64,000 nucleotides of DNA from an uncultured Christensenella sp. (GTDB lineage: Bacteria; Bacillota; Clostridia; Christensenellales; UBA3700): NCBI GenBank assembly GCA_910583735.1, contig CAJTXS010000007.1, forward strand, positions 1,469 through 65,468. The letters run 5' to 3'. Position numbers and translations under genes: made by a program. A model generated the notes under the pieces. That model ran no database searches, was not told where the DNA came from, and saw nothing but the letters and a program-made list of their open reading frames with translations. This document shows, in pieces, positions 52,410 through 63,462 of this stretch (positions within the stretch are counted from its first letter, which is position 1; each line of letters starts with the position of its first letter).

Positions 52410-53888
52410 TTATCGGTTCCGCTTAACAATTTCCGCTATCGATACGGCTATATCGGAAGGCAGTACGCCCTGCTCGCCGTACACATAGCTCTTTTCTCTG
52501 CCGCACATAGCGCATAGGTAACTCGCCGCGGCAGCGCTCGCAAGCAATTGAGCGCCTTGTGCAGCGATGCCCGCAATCGCTCCGCTGAGCACGTCTCCGT
52601 TGCCGCCCTTAGAAAGGAACGACCCGCCCTCGGTCATAATATAGCCGCATGTGCCGTCCGTGATAAATGTAGACGAGCCCTTGAGCAATACGTTGACATT
52701 ATATTCCCGCGCGAAACTCTCTGCTATAGCTATCGGGTCTGCAAGCACATCTTGCACTTGCAAGCCGCACAGACGCGACATCTCCTTGGGATGCGGAGTG
52801 ATAAGCACGTCGGCTGCAATTTCTCTCAATATATCAACATTCGTGCTTAAGGCATTAAGTCCGTCGGCATCTATGATAACTTTAAGTCCTTTAATGGATA
52901 TCAAATGCTTTATAATTGCCTGTATCTCTTTAACATTCCGTCCCAGTCCCATACCTATGACGACTACCGACGCTCCGCGCGCAAGTTCATCGATATCATT
53001 GCAATCATAGACAACGCCGTCCTCATTACAATTGAGCGGATAGAGAGTGCTCTCCATCACCGCTTCGCCGATGCACGGCGCAATATTGCGAGGGACTGCA
53101 AGCGTAGAAAGTCCGCACCCCGCCCTCATTGAACAAAGCGCTATATTTGCAAGTTTAACCGCGCCGCAGTAATTAATACATCCGCCTATTACGACGCTCT
53201 TGCCGAAAGTGGACTTGTTACTGTTGGATAATCTTTTGGCAAAGACATAATCTATAAGTTCACCGTCAACGTATCGATAGCCGCAATTGGATATATCTAT
53301 TCCGATATCCTTGATTATCAGTTGACCGCACCTATCTTTTCCGTCTCCAAAGTAATGACCTGTCTTGGCGCACTGTATAGCTACGGTCTTATCCGCCTTG
53401 ACGCTGCCTAAGCCTATGCCCGACGTACCGTTCAGTCCGCTCGGAATATCTACGCTTACAATATATGCTCCGCTCATATTGATATTATCGATTATATCAC
53501 TGTAGCGGCAATCGATAGCGCCCTTAAAACCTGTGCCGAATATACAATCGACTATTATATCGCATCTGTAGTCGCAATCGCTTATATTCGATATATCGAT
53601 TTTCTCAAGCAAAGCTCTGTCTCTATAGTACAAAGCGTCGCCTTTATTATTCTCAATATAATAAACTTTCACTTTGTACCCGTTTGCATTCAAAATACAT
53701 GCCAAGGCATAGCCGTCTCCGCCGTTATTTCCATTGCCGCATATTATATAAATACATTTACAGTGCCAGTCATGCGAGTCATATACCGATTGCGCCGCCC
53801 TATACATAAGCTCGCGCGAGCTGATCCCCGACATGATAGCGTCGCGGTCGCATTTCCTCATCTGCTCATCGGTCAGTATCTTCATCAT
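52410..53888 (-). CDS. nnr: Bifunctional NAD(P)H-hydrate repair enzyme Nnr (epimerase + ADP-dependent dehydratase)
   Basis: 492 aa. N-terminal YjeF_N GNGNNGGDG. C-terminal carbohydrate-kinase fold with GGNGDVLSG. Confidence 0.92.
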   Translation of the reverse strand: MMKILTDEQMRKCDRDAIMSGISSRELMYRAAQSVYDSHDWHCKCIYIICGNGNNGGDGYALACILNANGYKVKVYYIENNKGDALYYRDRALLEKIDISNISDCDYRCDIIVDCIFGTGFKGAIDCRYSDIIDNINMSGAYIVSVDIPSGLNGTSGIGLGSVKADKTVAIQCAKTGHYFGDGKDRCGQLIIKDIGIDISNCGYRYVDGELIDYVFAKRLSNSNKSTFGKSVVIGGCINYCGAVKLANIALCSMRAGCGLSTLAVPRNIAPCIGEAVMESTLYPLNCNEDGVVYDCNDIDELARGASVVVIGMGLGRNVKEIQAIIKHLISIKGLKVIIDADGLNALSTNVDILREIAADVLITPHPKEMSRLCGLQVQDVLADPIAIAESFAREYNVNVLLKGSSTFITDGTCGYIMTEGGSFLSKGGNGDVLSGAIAGIAAQGAQLLASAAAASYLCAMCGREKSYVYGEQGVLPSDIAVSIAEIVKRNR

Positions 53889-54501
53889 TGCTCCTTATAC
53901 AGTCGACGCAGCGCCTGATTATATCCCAACTATATCCTTTAGAGCCGAGATATCTGCTCAATCTCGCAAGATATTTCATATCTATAGTCTGTCCCGCGCT
54001 ATGTCTGTAAGCCAAGTTCATAGCGCAATTAAACGCGTTGTCGTCGGATTGCGCATCGGCATCGATTATCCGAGCAATAATATCCTTGCCTATGCCCTTC
54101 GCTCTCAGCTCCGCCGCTATCCTGGAAATACCGCAAGCGCTCTTGCGATAATCGTAATAGTTGAAGGCATAGCGCTCGTCATCAAGCAGTTTACATTCCG
54201 AGGCTCTGCCTATACAGTAATCGACGACTGAACGCGAGTAGCCTTTACTATATAATTTATCGGTCAATCTCCTGACAGTCGAAGGATATCTATCCAAATA
54301 CCAACAAACATAATCGAAGGCGACAGCCTTGTCGCTGTCGAATATTATCTTATCCAGCTCGGCGCATGTAACTTCCTTGCCTATGTATACTTCGCGCTTT
54401 TCCACCAAAAAAGAAGAAACAGAGGCGTAGAATGCTCCGTCGATAAACAAATTCATTCTGCCTCTGTTCTTTTTCTGATCGGTGATATCGGTAATTATCA
54501 T
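53866..54501 (-). CDS. recX: Regulatory protein RecX
   Basis: 211 aa. Three-fold helical repeat pattern (AFDYVCWYLDRYPSTVRRLTDKLYSKGYS; AFNYYDYRKSACGISRIAAELRAKGI; LARLSRYLGSKGYS). Confidence 0.82.
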   Translation of the reverse strand: MIITDITDQKKNRGRMNLFIDGAFYASVSSFLVEKREVYIGKEVTCAELDKIIFDSDKAVAFDYVCWYLDRYPSTVRRLTDKLYSKGYSRSVVDYCIGRASECKLLDDERYAFNYYDYRKSACGISRIAAELRAKGIGKDIIARIIDADAQSDDNAFNCAMNLAYRHSAGQTIDMKYLARLSRYLGSKGYSWDIIRRCVDCIRSNDEDTDR

Positions 54502-57500
54502 TTACAGAAAGTACTTGACACCGCTCTCGAATATCTTCATATCATAGTTGCCAGGTACGTTCTTATACAGATTGTCGTCCCATCTCTCGCTGTGTCCCAT
54601 CTTGCCGAGGACTCTGCCGTCGGGGCTTATAATACCCTCTATGCCCATAACCGATCCGTTGGGATTGAAAGGCGACGTCATAGTAGCATTGCCCGACATA
54701 TCCACATACTGCGTTGCAACTTGTCCGCCTGCGATGAGTTTGTCGAGTTCCGCCTGCGACGCGACGAATCTGCCTTCGCCATGGCTTACAGGAACATTAA
54801 ATACGTCGTCTACATTGACTCCGTACAGCCAAGGCGACTTGTTGGTTGCCACCCTAATCCTCGAAATAGTCGATACGTGACGCGAAATATTGTTAAATGT
54901 CAATGTAGGCGCATCGCTCGTCTGCTCCGTTATCTTACCGTAAGGCACAAGTCCGAGCTTGATAAGAGCTTGGAAGCCGTTGCATATGCCGAGGGCAAGT
55001 CCGTCTCTATCGTACAGCATCTTCATTACCGCTTCCGCGACTGCGGGATTACGGAATGTCGTAGCAATAAATTTGCCGCTTCCGTCAGGCTCGTCGCCGC
55101 CGCTGAATCCGCCGGGGAAAGCAAGTATCTGCGAATTATCAAGCGCCTTTATGATAGCCTTAACGCTATCCTCGATATCTCTCGGCGACTGATTGCGGAT
55201 AATTAATGTCTCTGCGACAGCGCCCGCTCTCTCAAAAGCGCGCGCGGTATCGTACTCACAATTCGTACCGGGGAAAACGGGAATCAACACGCGGGGCTTG
55301 GCAATCCCCGTATGAGCGCCCTTGCGCTTAATAGCGCAGCATATGAGATTGCGGACTTCGCCGTCGGAGTAAGCCGTGCTCGGGAACACCTCTTCCATAG
55401 GAGAAGTGAAAGCCCTGCAAAGGTCGCTCATCTTAATCTTTACGCTGTCTTCGCCGCCCTTACCGACTACCATAGTATGCGTGCCGTTGAGACTGCAGAT
55501 AAACTCGGGAGTATAAGAGCGCAACTTACTCACATCTTTAGCCAATATAATGAAATCGCCGAAGGCGGGAGCAAACATATCGGGCGTAATCTCTTTCCAA
55601 TTGGTGCCGAGCATATTGCCCATGCACGACTTGATAACAGCGCATACCGCGCCGCCCTCGTCTACTACGTTGCAGGCTACGATATCGCCGCTCATAATCG
55701 CCTTGTTCATAGTCTTGAACAGCTTAACTACTCTTGCGAAAACGGGAACGCCGTGGTTGTCTCTGGGCAGAGAAATGCGATATATCCTGCGCGCGGCGGT
55801 ATTCTCGTCAAATGTATTGGTTATTATCTTATCCGCCTGAGTAATACCCATTGCGAAAGATATGAGCGTAGGCGGGACGTCTATATGCTCGAATGTGCCG
55901 CTCATGCTGTCCTTGCCGCCGATTGCGCCGATGCCCAAATTATTCTGCGCGTACATTGCGCCCAGCAGCGCCGAAAGCGGCTCTCCCCAACGCTCGGGAT
56001 CTTTACCCGGCTTCTTAAAGAATTCTTGCAAAGACAGTCTTATCGTATCTATAGACACGCCGCAAGAGATGAGTTTCGCAACCGAAGTCACTATCGAATA
56101 TATTGCGCCTGTAAAAGGCGAACTGCTCATTAATTGAGGAGAACATCCGTACGAAGAGACCGTAACCGTATTGGTATGTCCGCTTACGGGAGGCTTGGAA
56201 GCCATGACGACAGACGGTGTCAATTGATACTTGCCTCCGAAAGGCATGACGACTGTAGCCGCGCCTATAGTGCTGTCGAACATCTCGCCCAAGCCCTTAG
56301 TCGAACACACGTTAAGCCTGCCGAGCTCGCCTGTTATAGCGGAGCGGATATCGCCGGACTTCATATATCTGAGCGTATCTTGATAAGGAGTATTCATATA
56401 AGCGCTTACGTTGTCCTTGATGACGGCGTCCTGTTTCTGCTTAACACCGTTGGTATCGAGGAAAGCTCTCTTTAGCTCCACAATGCAGCGACCTGCGTGG
56501 AACATACGCATATATCCGTTATTCTTAACCTCGGCAACGACCGTAGCTGTCAAATTCTCCTCGCCTGCAAAGGCAATGAACTTATCCGCATCCTCTTTAG
56601 CCAAGACTACCGCCATGCGCTCCTGCGACTCTGATATAGCAAGCTCCGTACCGGAAAGTCCGTCGTACTTCTTTGGTACGGCATCAAGGTTGATGTCCAA
56701 GCTGTCCGCAAGCTCGCCTATTGCGACAGACACGCCGCCCGCGCCGAAGTCGTTACACTTGACAATAAGCTTGCTGACCGCAGGATTGCGGAACAGGCGC
56801 TGTATCTTTCTCTCTGTAGGAGGATTGCCCTTCTGAACTTCCGCGCCGCATGTCTCAACCGACTTGACGGTATGCGCCTTGGATGAGCCGGTCGCGCCGC
56901 CGCAGCCGTCGCGCCCCGTATCTCCGCCGAGCAGCACTATTAAATCGCCCTCGATAGGCTTACGTCTAACGACATTTTCCTTTTTATTGCCGGCAATTAC
57001 GTATCCCGTCTCCAACCTCTTAGCCTTATAATTGGTATGGTACATCTCTGCAACGGTACCGGTAGCCAATCCTATCTGATTGCCGTATCCCGAATAACCC
57101 GCGGCTGCGGTCTTGGTAATGACTTTCTGAGGCAACTTGCCGCTGAGAGTGTTGTTGACGCTCTCTCTGGGATCGGCGCTACCAGTCACGCGCATTGCTT
57201 GATAGACGTAAGTACGTCCCGACAGCGGGTCTCTTATTGCGCCGCCGAGGCAAGTAGCCGCGCCGCCGAAAGGCTCTATCTCTGTAGGATGGTTGTGCGT
57301 CTCGTTCTTGAACATTATCAACCACTTTTCCACCGCGCCGTCATTATCGACATCAACTTCTACAGAGCAAGCATTGATCTCGTCGCTGACGTCGAGATTA
57401 TCCAGCTTGCCGATAGACTTGAGATACTTGACCGATATCGTAGCGATATCCATCAGACATCTGTACTTATCTTCTCTGCTTGCATTGAATTTCTTAAATA

Positions 57501-58257
57501 GCTTTCCGTATTCGTTGAGAGCTATCCTTATATGGGGATTATCGCTGTCGATAACTATATCTGTAAGTTCGGTCGCAAACGTAGTATGCCTACAGTGGTC
57601 CGACCAATACGTATCTATCACCTTAAGTTCGGTAAAAGTAGGGACCCTGCCCTCGCTCTTGAAGTATTCTCTGACGAACAACAGGTCTTCCACGCTCATG
57701 GCAAAGCCCTGAGCGCTGTGATAGTCGCGGATTTCGTCGTCGCTCATATCGATAAAACCGTCTACGACGGGCACCGACAAGTCGGGCTTGATATCTTGAC
57801 GAAGCGTATCGGGAAGCTCCATGCTGCCCTCTCTGCTGTCCACGGGATTGATAAGATACTTCTTTATTCTGTTGAACTCCTGCGCGCCTATGCCCTTAAA
57901 AGCATATACGGTCGCGCATCTTATTAAAGGACGCGCGCCCATCGACAGCAACTGCACGCATTGCATAGCGCTGTCCGAACGCTGGTCGTACTGTCCGGGA
58001 AGATACTCCGTCACAAGCACGGAATAACCGTTCATATCGGGAAGTTCATCCTCGTAAATCATATCGACGGGCGGCTCGCTGAAGATAGTATTCTTCGCCT
58101 TATCGAAGATATCCGCAGGCATGTCCTCGATGTCATAACGAATGAACTGTCTGACTTCCTTAACCGCTATACCCAAAGTAACGGATACGTCGCTCGCTAC
58201 TTTACGGGCCGATACGTCAAATCCTTTCTTCTTCTCAACAAAAATTCTTTTAACCAT
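54502..58257 (-). CDS. purL: Phosphoribosylformylglycinamidine synthase, single-chain large form
   Basis: 1251 aa. PurS-like N-terminus, AIRS/AIRS_C repeats (NHPTEIEPFGGAATCLGGAIRD), C-terminal glutaminase with GICNGFQ (Cys nucleophile) and SHGEGRF. Confidence 0.96.
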   Translation of the reverse strand: MVKRIFVEKKKGFDVSARKVASDVSVTLGIAVKEVRQFIRYDIEDMPADIFDKAKNTIFSEPPVDMIYEDELPDMNGYSVLVTEYLPGQYDQRSDSAMQCVQLLSMGARPLIRCATVYAFKGIGAQEFNRIKKYLINPVDSREGSMELPDTLRQDIKPDLSVPVVDGFIDMSDDEIRDYHSAQGFAMSVEDLLFVREYFKSEGRVPTFTELKVIDTYWSDHCRHTTFATELTDIVIDSDNPHIRIALNEYGKLFKKFNASREDKYRCLMDIATISVKYLKSIGKLDNLDVSDEINACSVEVDVDNDGAVEKWLIMFKNETHNHPTEIEPFGGAATCLGGAIRDPLSGRTYVYQAMRVTGSADPRESVNNTLSGKLPQKVITKTAAAGYSGYGNQIGLATGTVAEMYHTNYKAKRLETGYVIAGNKKENVVRRKPIEGDLIVLLGGDTGRDGCGGATGSSKAHTVKSVETCGAEVQKGNPPTERKIQRLFRNPAVSKLIVKCNDFGAGGVSVAIGELADSLDINLDAVPKKYDGLSGTELAISESQERMAVVLAKEDADKFIAFAGEENLTATVVAEVKNNGYMRMFHAGRCIVELKRAFLDTNGVKQKQDAVIKDNVSAYMNTPYQDTLRYMKSGDIRSAITGELGRLNVCSTKGLGEMFDSTIGAATVVMPFGGKYQLTPSVVMASKPPVSGHTNTVTVSSYGCSPQLMSSSPFTGAIYSIVTSVAKLISCGVSIDTIRLSLQEFFKKPGKDPERWGEPLSALLGAMYAQNNLGIGAIGGKDSMSGTFEHIDVPPTLISFAMGITQADKIITNTFDENTAARRIYRISLPRDNHGVPVFARVVKLFKTMNKAIMSGDIVACNVVDEGGAVCAVIKSCMGNMLGTNWKEITPDMFAPAFGDFIILAKDVSKLRSYTPEFICSLNGTHTMVVGKGGEDSVKIKMSDLCRAFTSPMEEVFPSTAYSDGEVRNLICCAIKRKGAHTGIAKPRVLIPVFPGTNCEYDTARAFERAGAVAETLIIRNQSPRDIEDSVKAIIKALDNSQILAFPGGFSGGDEPDGSGKFIATTFRNPAVAEAVMKMLYDRDGLALGICNGFQALIKLGLVPYGKITEQTSDAPTLTFNNISRHVSTISRIRVATNKSPWLYGVNVDDVFNVPVSHGEGRFVASQAELDKLIAGGQVATQYVDMSGNATMTSPFNPNGSVMGIEGIISPDGRVLGKMGHSERWDDNLYKNVPGNYDMKIFESGVKYFL

Positions 58258-58264
58258 ATTACAC

Positions 58265-59524
58265 CTATTTTTTAATACCGATATCGCGTCTGTAGAACAT
58301 ACCGTCGAATGTCACCTTATCTACTGCGTCGTAAGCCTTAAGCCTTGCCTCGGCGACGTCCTTGCCGACCGCCGTAACTCCGATTACTCTTCCGCCGGAG
58401 GTAACCAATTGACCTTTGTTAAATGCAGTACCGGCATGATATAGAGTAATATCTTCGGGCAAGTCGCCTATATTAATAGGCAAGCCTTTTTTATAGCTTC
58501 CGGGATAACCGCCGCTCGCCAGTATTACGCATACGCAAGCGTTGTCGTCCCACTCAACCTTGACGTCTGCAAGTCTGCCGTCGATGACAGCTTGGAATAT
58601 ATCGTATAAATCGCTCTTAAGCCTGGGAAGCACTACCTGTGTCTCGGGGTCGCCGAAACGCGCGTTATACTCGAGCACTTTAGGACCGTCGCTTGTAATC
58701 ATCAATCCGAAGTAAAGCACGCCTTTGAACTCGCGCCCCTCTTTGTTCATAGCCTCGATAGTGGGTAATATGATATCTTTCTCCACCTTAGCTGCAAGCT
58801 CGTCTGTATAGATAGCAGAAGGAGAGAATGTACCCATGCCTCCCGTATTAAGTCCTTGGTCATTGTCGTATGCTCTCTTATGGTCTTGAGAAGATACCAT
58901 AGGGATAGTAGTCTTACCGTCCGTAAAACACAGTATCGATACTTCCTTACCTACAAGGAATTCCTCTATTACAATAGTGTTGCCCGCGTCGCTGAACTTC
59001 TTGCTCACCATCATATCTCCGACTGCAATAAGCGCCTCGCCGACATCCGAGCATATTACAACGCCCTTACCGAGCGCAAGTCCGTCCGCCTTGACTACGA
59101 GCGGATACTTAGCTCTCTTAACGTAATCGATAGCCTTGGCATAGTCGTTGAATTCGGCATAACCTGCAGTAGGAATACCGTACTTCTTCATAAGACGCTT
59201 GCTGAACGCCTTAGACGCTTCTATCTGCGCAGCCTTTGCCGAAGGTCCGAAAGCTCTGTGCCCCTTAGCGGTGAGCTTGTCAACCAATCCCGCAGCAAGA
59301 GGGTCGTCGGGAGCAACTACCGTCATGACGATGTCCTCGTGATTGTCGACGAACTCGATAATCTTATCAAAGTCCATCACCGATACGCTGCTCACGCATT
59401 CGGCAATCTCCGCAATTCCCGCATTACCGGGTATGCAATACAGCTTGCCCGTCTTGTCGCTTTTAGCCAATGCCTTACATATAGCGTGCTCTCTGCCGCC
59501 GCCGCCTATAACCAATACGCTCAT
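58265..59524 (-). CDS. purD: Phosphoribosylamine-glycine ligase
   Basis: 419 aa. VLVIGGGGREHA. ATP-grasp core (VVKADGLALGKGV; EFNARFGDPE-type VLEYNARFGDPETQ). Confidence 0.96.
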   Translation of the reverse strand: MSVLVIGGGGREHAICKALAKSDKTGKLYCIPGNAGIAEIAECVSSVSVMDFDKIIEFVDNHEDIVMTVVAPDDPLAAGLVDKLTAKGHRAFGPSAKAAQIEASKAFSKRLMKKYGIPTAGYAEFNDYAKAIDYVKRAKYPLVVKADGLALGKGVVICSDVGEALIAVGDMMVSKKFSDAGNTIVIEEFLVGKEVSILCFTDGKTTIPMVSSQDHKRAYDNDQGLNTGGMGTFSPSAIYTDELAAKVEKDIILPTIEAMNKEGREFKGVLYFGLMITSDGPKVLEYNARFGDPETQVVLPRLKSDLYDIFQAVIDGRLADVKVEWDDNACVCVILASGGYPGSYKKGLPINIGDLPEDITLYHAGTAFNKGQLVTSGGRVIGVTAVGKDVAEARLKAYDAVDKVTFDGMFYRRDIGIKK

Positions 59525-59531
59525 ATTAACC

Positions 59532-61070
59532 TCAATGTTTGAAATGTCTGTCGCCCGTAAAAATCATAGCTATGCCCAATCTATTGCATGCGTCTATACT
59601 AAGCTTGTCGTTTCTGCTGCCGCCGGGCTGAGCGATAGCGGATATGCCGGCCTTGCCAGCCTCTTCCACGCAATCGTCGAAAGGGAAAAACGCGTCGGAC
59701 GCAAGCACCGCGCCCTCGGTAGACGTGAGGGAGTGGTCGATAGCCTGACCCGTCGCCCATATTCTGTTGACCTGTCCGCCGCCGATGCCGAGAGTTACTT
59801 TATCCTTAGCTACGACAATGGCGTTAGACTTGGTATGCTTAACTACTTTCATCGCGAACTTCAAGTCCTCGAGCTGCTTATCGGTCGGGGCAAGCGATGT
59901 GACGATATCTATCTTGTCGTCGTCGATGACGTTCCTGTCGAAGTCCTGCACGAGCAATCCGCCCAAGACCTTCTTCATTTCGTAGTTGCCTTGAGGCACC
60001 GCAGCCGCGATATCGGGCAACTCGAGCAATCTGATATTAGCCTTAGTCGTAAGTATGCTCATAGCCTCTTTGCTGAAAGAAGGCGCGATAACTATCTCGA
60101 TAAATATCTTGTTAATCTGCTCTGCCGTAGCCTTGTCTATCTCTCTGTTGGCTGCGATAATACCGCCGAATATAGAGGTGGGATCGCTTGCGTTGGCTTT
60201 CTCAAACGCCTTGGATATCGTCTTGTCGGAAGCTACGCCGCAAGGATTGGAGTGCTTACATGCGACAATCGTAGGCTCGTCGAACTCTTTAAGCAAATTG
60301 AGCGCGCCGTTGGCGTCGTTGATATTGTTGTAAGAAAGCTCCTTGCCGTGCAACTGCTTAGCCTTGGAAAGGCTGCCCGCTACCTCGAAAGGCTCTTTAT
60401 AGAATACAGCGCTCTGATGAGGATTCTCGCCGTAACGCATATCCTGCGCCTTGTCGAATGCAAGCGTAAGCTTATCGGGATACTCGATATTGTTGCGCTT
60501 ACGCAGATAGTCGGCGATAAGAGTATCGTAATACGCAGTGTGCTGGTATACCTTATACATAAGATAGAACTTGGTCTCGAGCGTGACGCCGCCGTCGGAC
60601 AGCTCCGCAATTACTCTCTTATAATCTACGGGGTCTACGAGTACGGTGACGTCTTGATAATTCTTAGCAGCGCTCCTAAGCATAGTAGGTCCGCCGATAT
60701 CGATATTCTCAATTGCTTCTTGCAATTCGATACCCTCTTTTGAGATGGTCTGCTTAAAGGGATAGAGATTGACGACTACGATATCTATCGTATTGATATT
60801 CATCTTCTCAAGGAAAGACATATGCTCCGCATTGCCGCGCATAGCGAGCAAACCCGCGTGCACGTTGGGGTGCAAGGTCTTGACTCTGCCGTCGAGACAC
60901 TCGGGGAATCCAGTAATATCACTGATATCTATGGCATCGAGATCAGAGTCTCTGAGCACTTTCAAAGTTCCGCCTGTGGACACTATCTCGTATCCGAAGT
61001 CGATCAAGCTCTTAGCTAAATCTACAATGCCCGTCTTATCGGAAACGCTGATTAACGCACGTTTTTTCAT
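59532..61070 (-). CDS. purH: Bifunctional AICAR transformylase / IMP cyclohydrolase
   Basis: 512 aa. MGS-like [10 protein letters not shown] ... [18 protein letters not shown]-terminal QPGGSRND and RHFKH. Confidence 0.97.
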   Translation of the reverse strand: MKKRALISVSDKTGIVDLAKSLIDFGYEIVSTGGTLKVLRDSDLDAIDISDITGFPECLDGRVKTLHPNVHAGLLAMRGNAEHMSFLEKMNINTIDIVVVNLYPFKQTISKEGIELQEAIENIDIGGPTMLRSAAKNYQDVTVLVDPVDYKRVIAELSDGGVTLETKFYLMYKVYQHTAYYDTLIADYLRKRNNIEYPDKLTLAFDKAQDMRYGENPHQSAVFYKEPFEVAGSLSKAKQLHGKELSYNNINDANGALNLLKEFDEPTIVACKHSNPCGVASDKTISKAFEKANASDPTSIFGGIIAANREIDKATAEQINKIFIEIVIAPSFSKEAMSILTTKANIRLLELPDIAAAVPQGNYEMKKVLGGLLVQDFDRNVIDDDKIDIVTSLAPTDKQLEDLKFAMKVVKHTKSNAIVVAKDKVTLGIGGGQVNRIWATGQAIDHSLTSTEGAVLASDAFFPFDDCVEEAGKAGISAIAQPGGSRNDKLSIDACNRLGIAMIFTGDRHFKH

Positions 61071-61088
61071 AAATACTCCTTATATCCT

Positions 61089-61670
61089 TTATTCTCTGCA
61101 CAGCTGCGCCACGACCTTGGGCAAGAGGATATGCTCTTGCTCGAGCACACGCTCTTGTAAACTCTCCGGCGTGTCGCCTGCTAAAACTTTTACTTTTACT
61201 TGCTCGATTATTTTCCCCGTATCCGCGCCGCCGTCGACGTAATGAACGGTACAACCGCTCTCCGTCTCTCCGCCCTCTATGACTGCGCGATGTACTCTCA
61301 TTCCGTACATGCCCATACCGCAATATGCGGGTATAAGCGAGGGATGAATATTGATAATCCTGCCCTCGTAGATATCAAGCAGCGACGAGGTTACGATTGA
61401 CAGATATCCTGCAAGGACTATCAAGTCTATATCGAGCGAAGCGAGATAATCGGCAATAGCCTTGTCCCTATTCTCCGCGTCGCCGTACTCCTTGATAGTG
61501 AATATCCTATAAGGAATACCGTGCTTGACAGCTCTGTCGATAGCGTATATCCCGCTCTTATTGGCGATTACGGCGCGTATCTTGCCGTTGATTTCGCCCC
61601 TCTCGCAGGCGTCGATTACGCTCTGCATATCGGTACCGCCGCCCGATACGAATATCGCAATATTCTTCAT
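61089..61670 (-). CDS. purN: Phosphoribosylglycinamide formyltransferase
   Basis: 193 aa. IAIFVSGGGTDMQ. IINIHPSLIPAYCG. GCTVHYVDGGADTGKII. Confidence 0.95.
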   Translation of the reverse strand: MKNIAIFVSGGGTDMQSVIDACERGEINGKIRAVIANKSGIYAIDRAVKHGIPYRIFTIKEYGDAENRDKAIADYLASLDIDLIVLAGYLSIVTSSLLDIYEGRIINIHPSLIPAYCGMGMYGMRVHRAVIEGGETESGCTVHYVDGGADTGKIIEQVKVKVLAGDTPESLQERVLEQEHILLPKVVAQLCRE

Positions 61671-62689
61671 TAATGAAGTCTTACTCCTTCCTTATCGGAG
61701 ACGCTGCCTATCACATACGCGTCTTCGCCGAGTTCCTTGAGCGTGGCAACTACGTCGTCCGCCGTCTCGGGCGCAACCGCCATGACAAGACCTATACCCA
61801 TATTGAATGTGTTGTACATCTTGTCGTTGCCGATGCCCGCTATCTCGCCGAGCGCCTTGAATACCTTGGGCAGCGGATAGCTGTTAAGGTCTATGTCGAC
61901 GCCCAATCCCTTGGGAATGATACGCGGAATATTCTCTATAAATCCTCCGCCCGTGATATGCGCGATACCCTTGATTGTATGCTTTTCTATCACCGACAAA
62001 ACTGTCTTGACGTATATCTTGGTAGGAGTAAGCACGATGTCCGCAGGCGCGCAGCCCAAGGTCTCGTTATACTTATTGATGCTATCCTTATCTTCGCCGA
62101 AAAGCTTACGAACAAGCGAATATCCGTTGCTGTGTATTCCGCTAGAGGCGATACCTATGAGCTTATCTCCCGCGGCAATGGTCTTGCCGTTGATTATCTT
62201 GTTGCGCTTGACAATACCTACAGCAAAGCCCGCGATGTCGTACTCGTCGTCGGCATAGAAGCCTGGCATCTCCGCCGTCTCTCCGCCGATAAGCGCGCAG
62301 CCCGACTGACGGCAGCCCTCGCTGACGCCCTTTACGATATCCGCGACCTTAGTCGGTACGAGCTTGTTGAGCGCAATATAGTCGAGGAAAAGAAGGGGCT
62401 TGGCGCCCTGACACACGATGTCGTTGACGCACATAGCGACCGCGTCGATACCAATAGTGTCGTGCTTGTCCAATACAAAGGCGTACTTAAGCTTGGTGCC
62501 TACGCCGTCTGTTCCCGCAACGAGGCAGTCGCCGTCGGGCTTATCGTCCAAGGCGTAAAAGCCTCCGAAGGAGCCCAAGTCCCCGAGTACGCTGTCGTTG
62601 TATGTGGTCTTGACGTACTGCTTCATGAGGCGCACAGCCTCATAGCCTGCCTCTACGTCTACACCCGCGCTCTTATAATCTATAGCCAT
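61670..62689 (-). CDS. purM: Phosphoribosylformylglycinamidine cyclo-ligase (AIR synthetase)
   Basis: 339 aa. [30 protein letters not shown]. Confidence 0.96.
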   Translation of the reverse strand: MAIDYKSAGVDVEAGYEAVRLMKQYVKTTYNDSVLGDLGSFGGFYALDDKPDGDCLVAGTDGVGTKLKYAFVLDKHDTIGIDAVAMCVNDIVCQGAKPLLFLDYIALNKLVPTKVADIVKGVSEGCRQSGCALIGGETAEMPGFYADDEYDIAGFAVGIVKRNKIINGKTIAAGDKLIGIASSGIHSNGYSLVRKLFGEDKDSINKYNETLGCAPADIVLTPTKIYVKTVLSVIEKHTIKGIAHITGGGFIENIPRIIPKGLGVDIDLNSYPLPKVFKALGEIAGIGNDKMYNTFNMGIGLVMAVAPETADDVVATLKELGEDAYVIGSVSDKEGVRLH

Positions 62690-62718
62690 ATTTCACTACT
62701 CCTTAAAAATAAACGTAA

Positions 62719-62741
62719 AGCCGCCGAATAATTCGACGGCT
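62719..62741 (-). promoter_or_regulatory. Intra-operon hairpin between purC and purM
   Basis: Minus strand AGCCGTCGAA-tta-TTCGGCGGCT (10 bp, one G-U) followed by TTACGTTTATTTTTAAGGAG. Confidence 0.45.
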
Positions 62742-62754
62742 AATAATCGCATAC

Positions 62755-63462
62755 TTACTCCAAGCCCATGCGCTTCTTGATTTCTCTATAACCCTTATCG
62801 ACGTCGTCGAGGTCGCGACGGAACCTGTCTTTATCCAGCTTCTCGCCCGTCTTCTTATCCCAGAAACGGCACGTGTCGGGAGAAATCTCGTCCGCCAAGA
62901 CAATACCGCCCTTAAATCTGCCGAACTCCAACTTGAAGTCGACAAGAGTGACGCCTATCTCTGCGAAGTACTCGCTGAGCACGCTGTTGACCTTGAGCGC
63001 CATAGCCTTGATCTGAGCTATCTCCTCGGGAGTAGCCAGTTCCATAGCGAGCGCGTGGTCGTCGTTGATAAGAGGGTCGCCGAGGTCGTCGTTCTTGTAA
63101 CTGAACTCTACTACAGCCACGGGTAAGACCTTGCCCTCGGGTATGCCCAATCTCTTGGACATGGAGCCTGCGGCGATATTCCTTACGATTACCTCGAGGG
63201 GGACTATCTCAACCTTCTTGACGTAAGTCTCTCTCTCGTTGATCTGCTCGACCAAGTGAGTAGGGATACCTTTGCCCTCCAAGAGCTTAAACAAATGATT
63301 GGAGCATATGTTATTGACTATGCCCTTATCCTTTATCTGACCCTTTTTAATTCCGTTAAATGCGGTAGCGTCGTCCTTGTAAGATACTACTACTACGTCG
63401 GGATCGTCGGTAAGGAATACCTTCTTGGCCTTACCTTCGTACAACTGCTCCAATCTCTTCAT
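62755..63462 (-). CDS. purC: SAICAR synthetase
   Basis: 235 aa. [28 protein letters not shown]. Confidence 0.96.
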   Translation of the reverse strand: MKRLEQLYEGKAKKVFLTDDPDVVVVSYKDDATAFNGIKKGQIKDKGIVNNICSNHLFKLLEGKGIPTHLVEQINERETYVKKVEIVPLEVIVRNIAAGSMSKRLGIPEGKVLPVAVVEFSYKNDDLGDPLINDDHALAMELATPEEIAQIKAMALKVNSVLSEYFAEIGVTLVDFKLEFGRFKGGIVLADEISPDTCRFWDKKTGEKLDKDRFRRDLDDVDKGYREIKKRMGLE

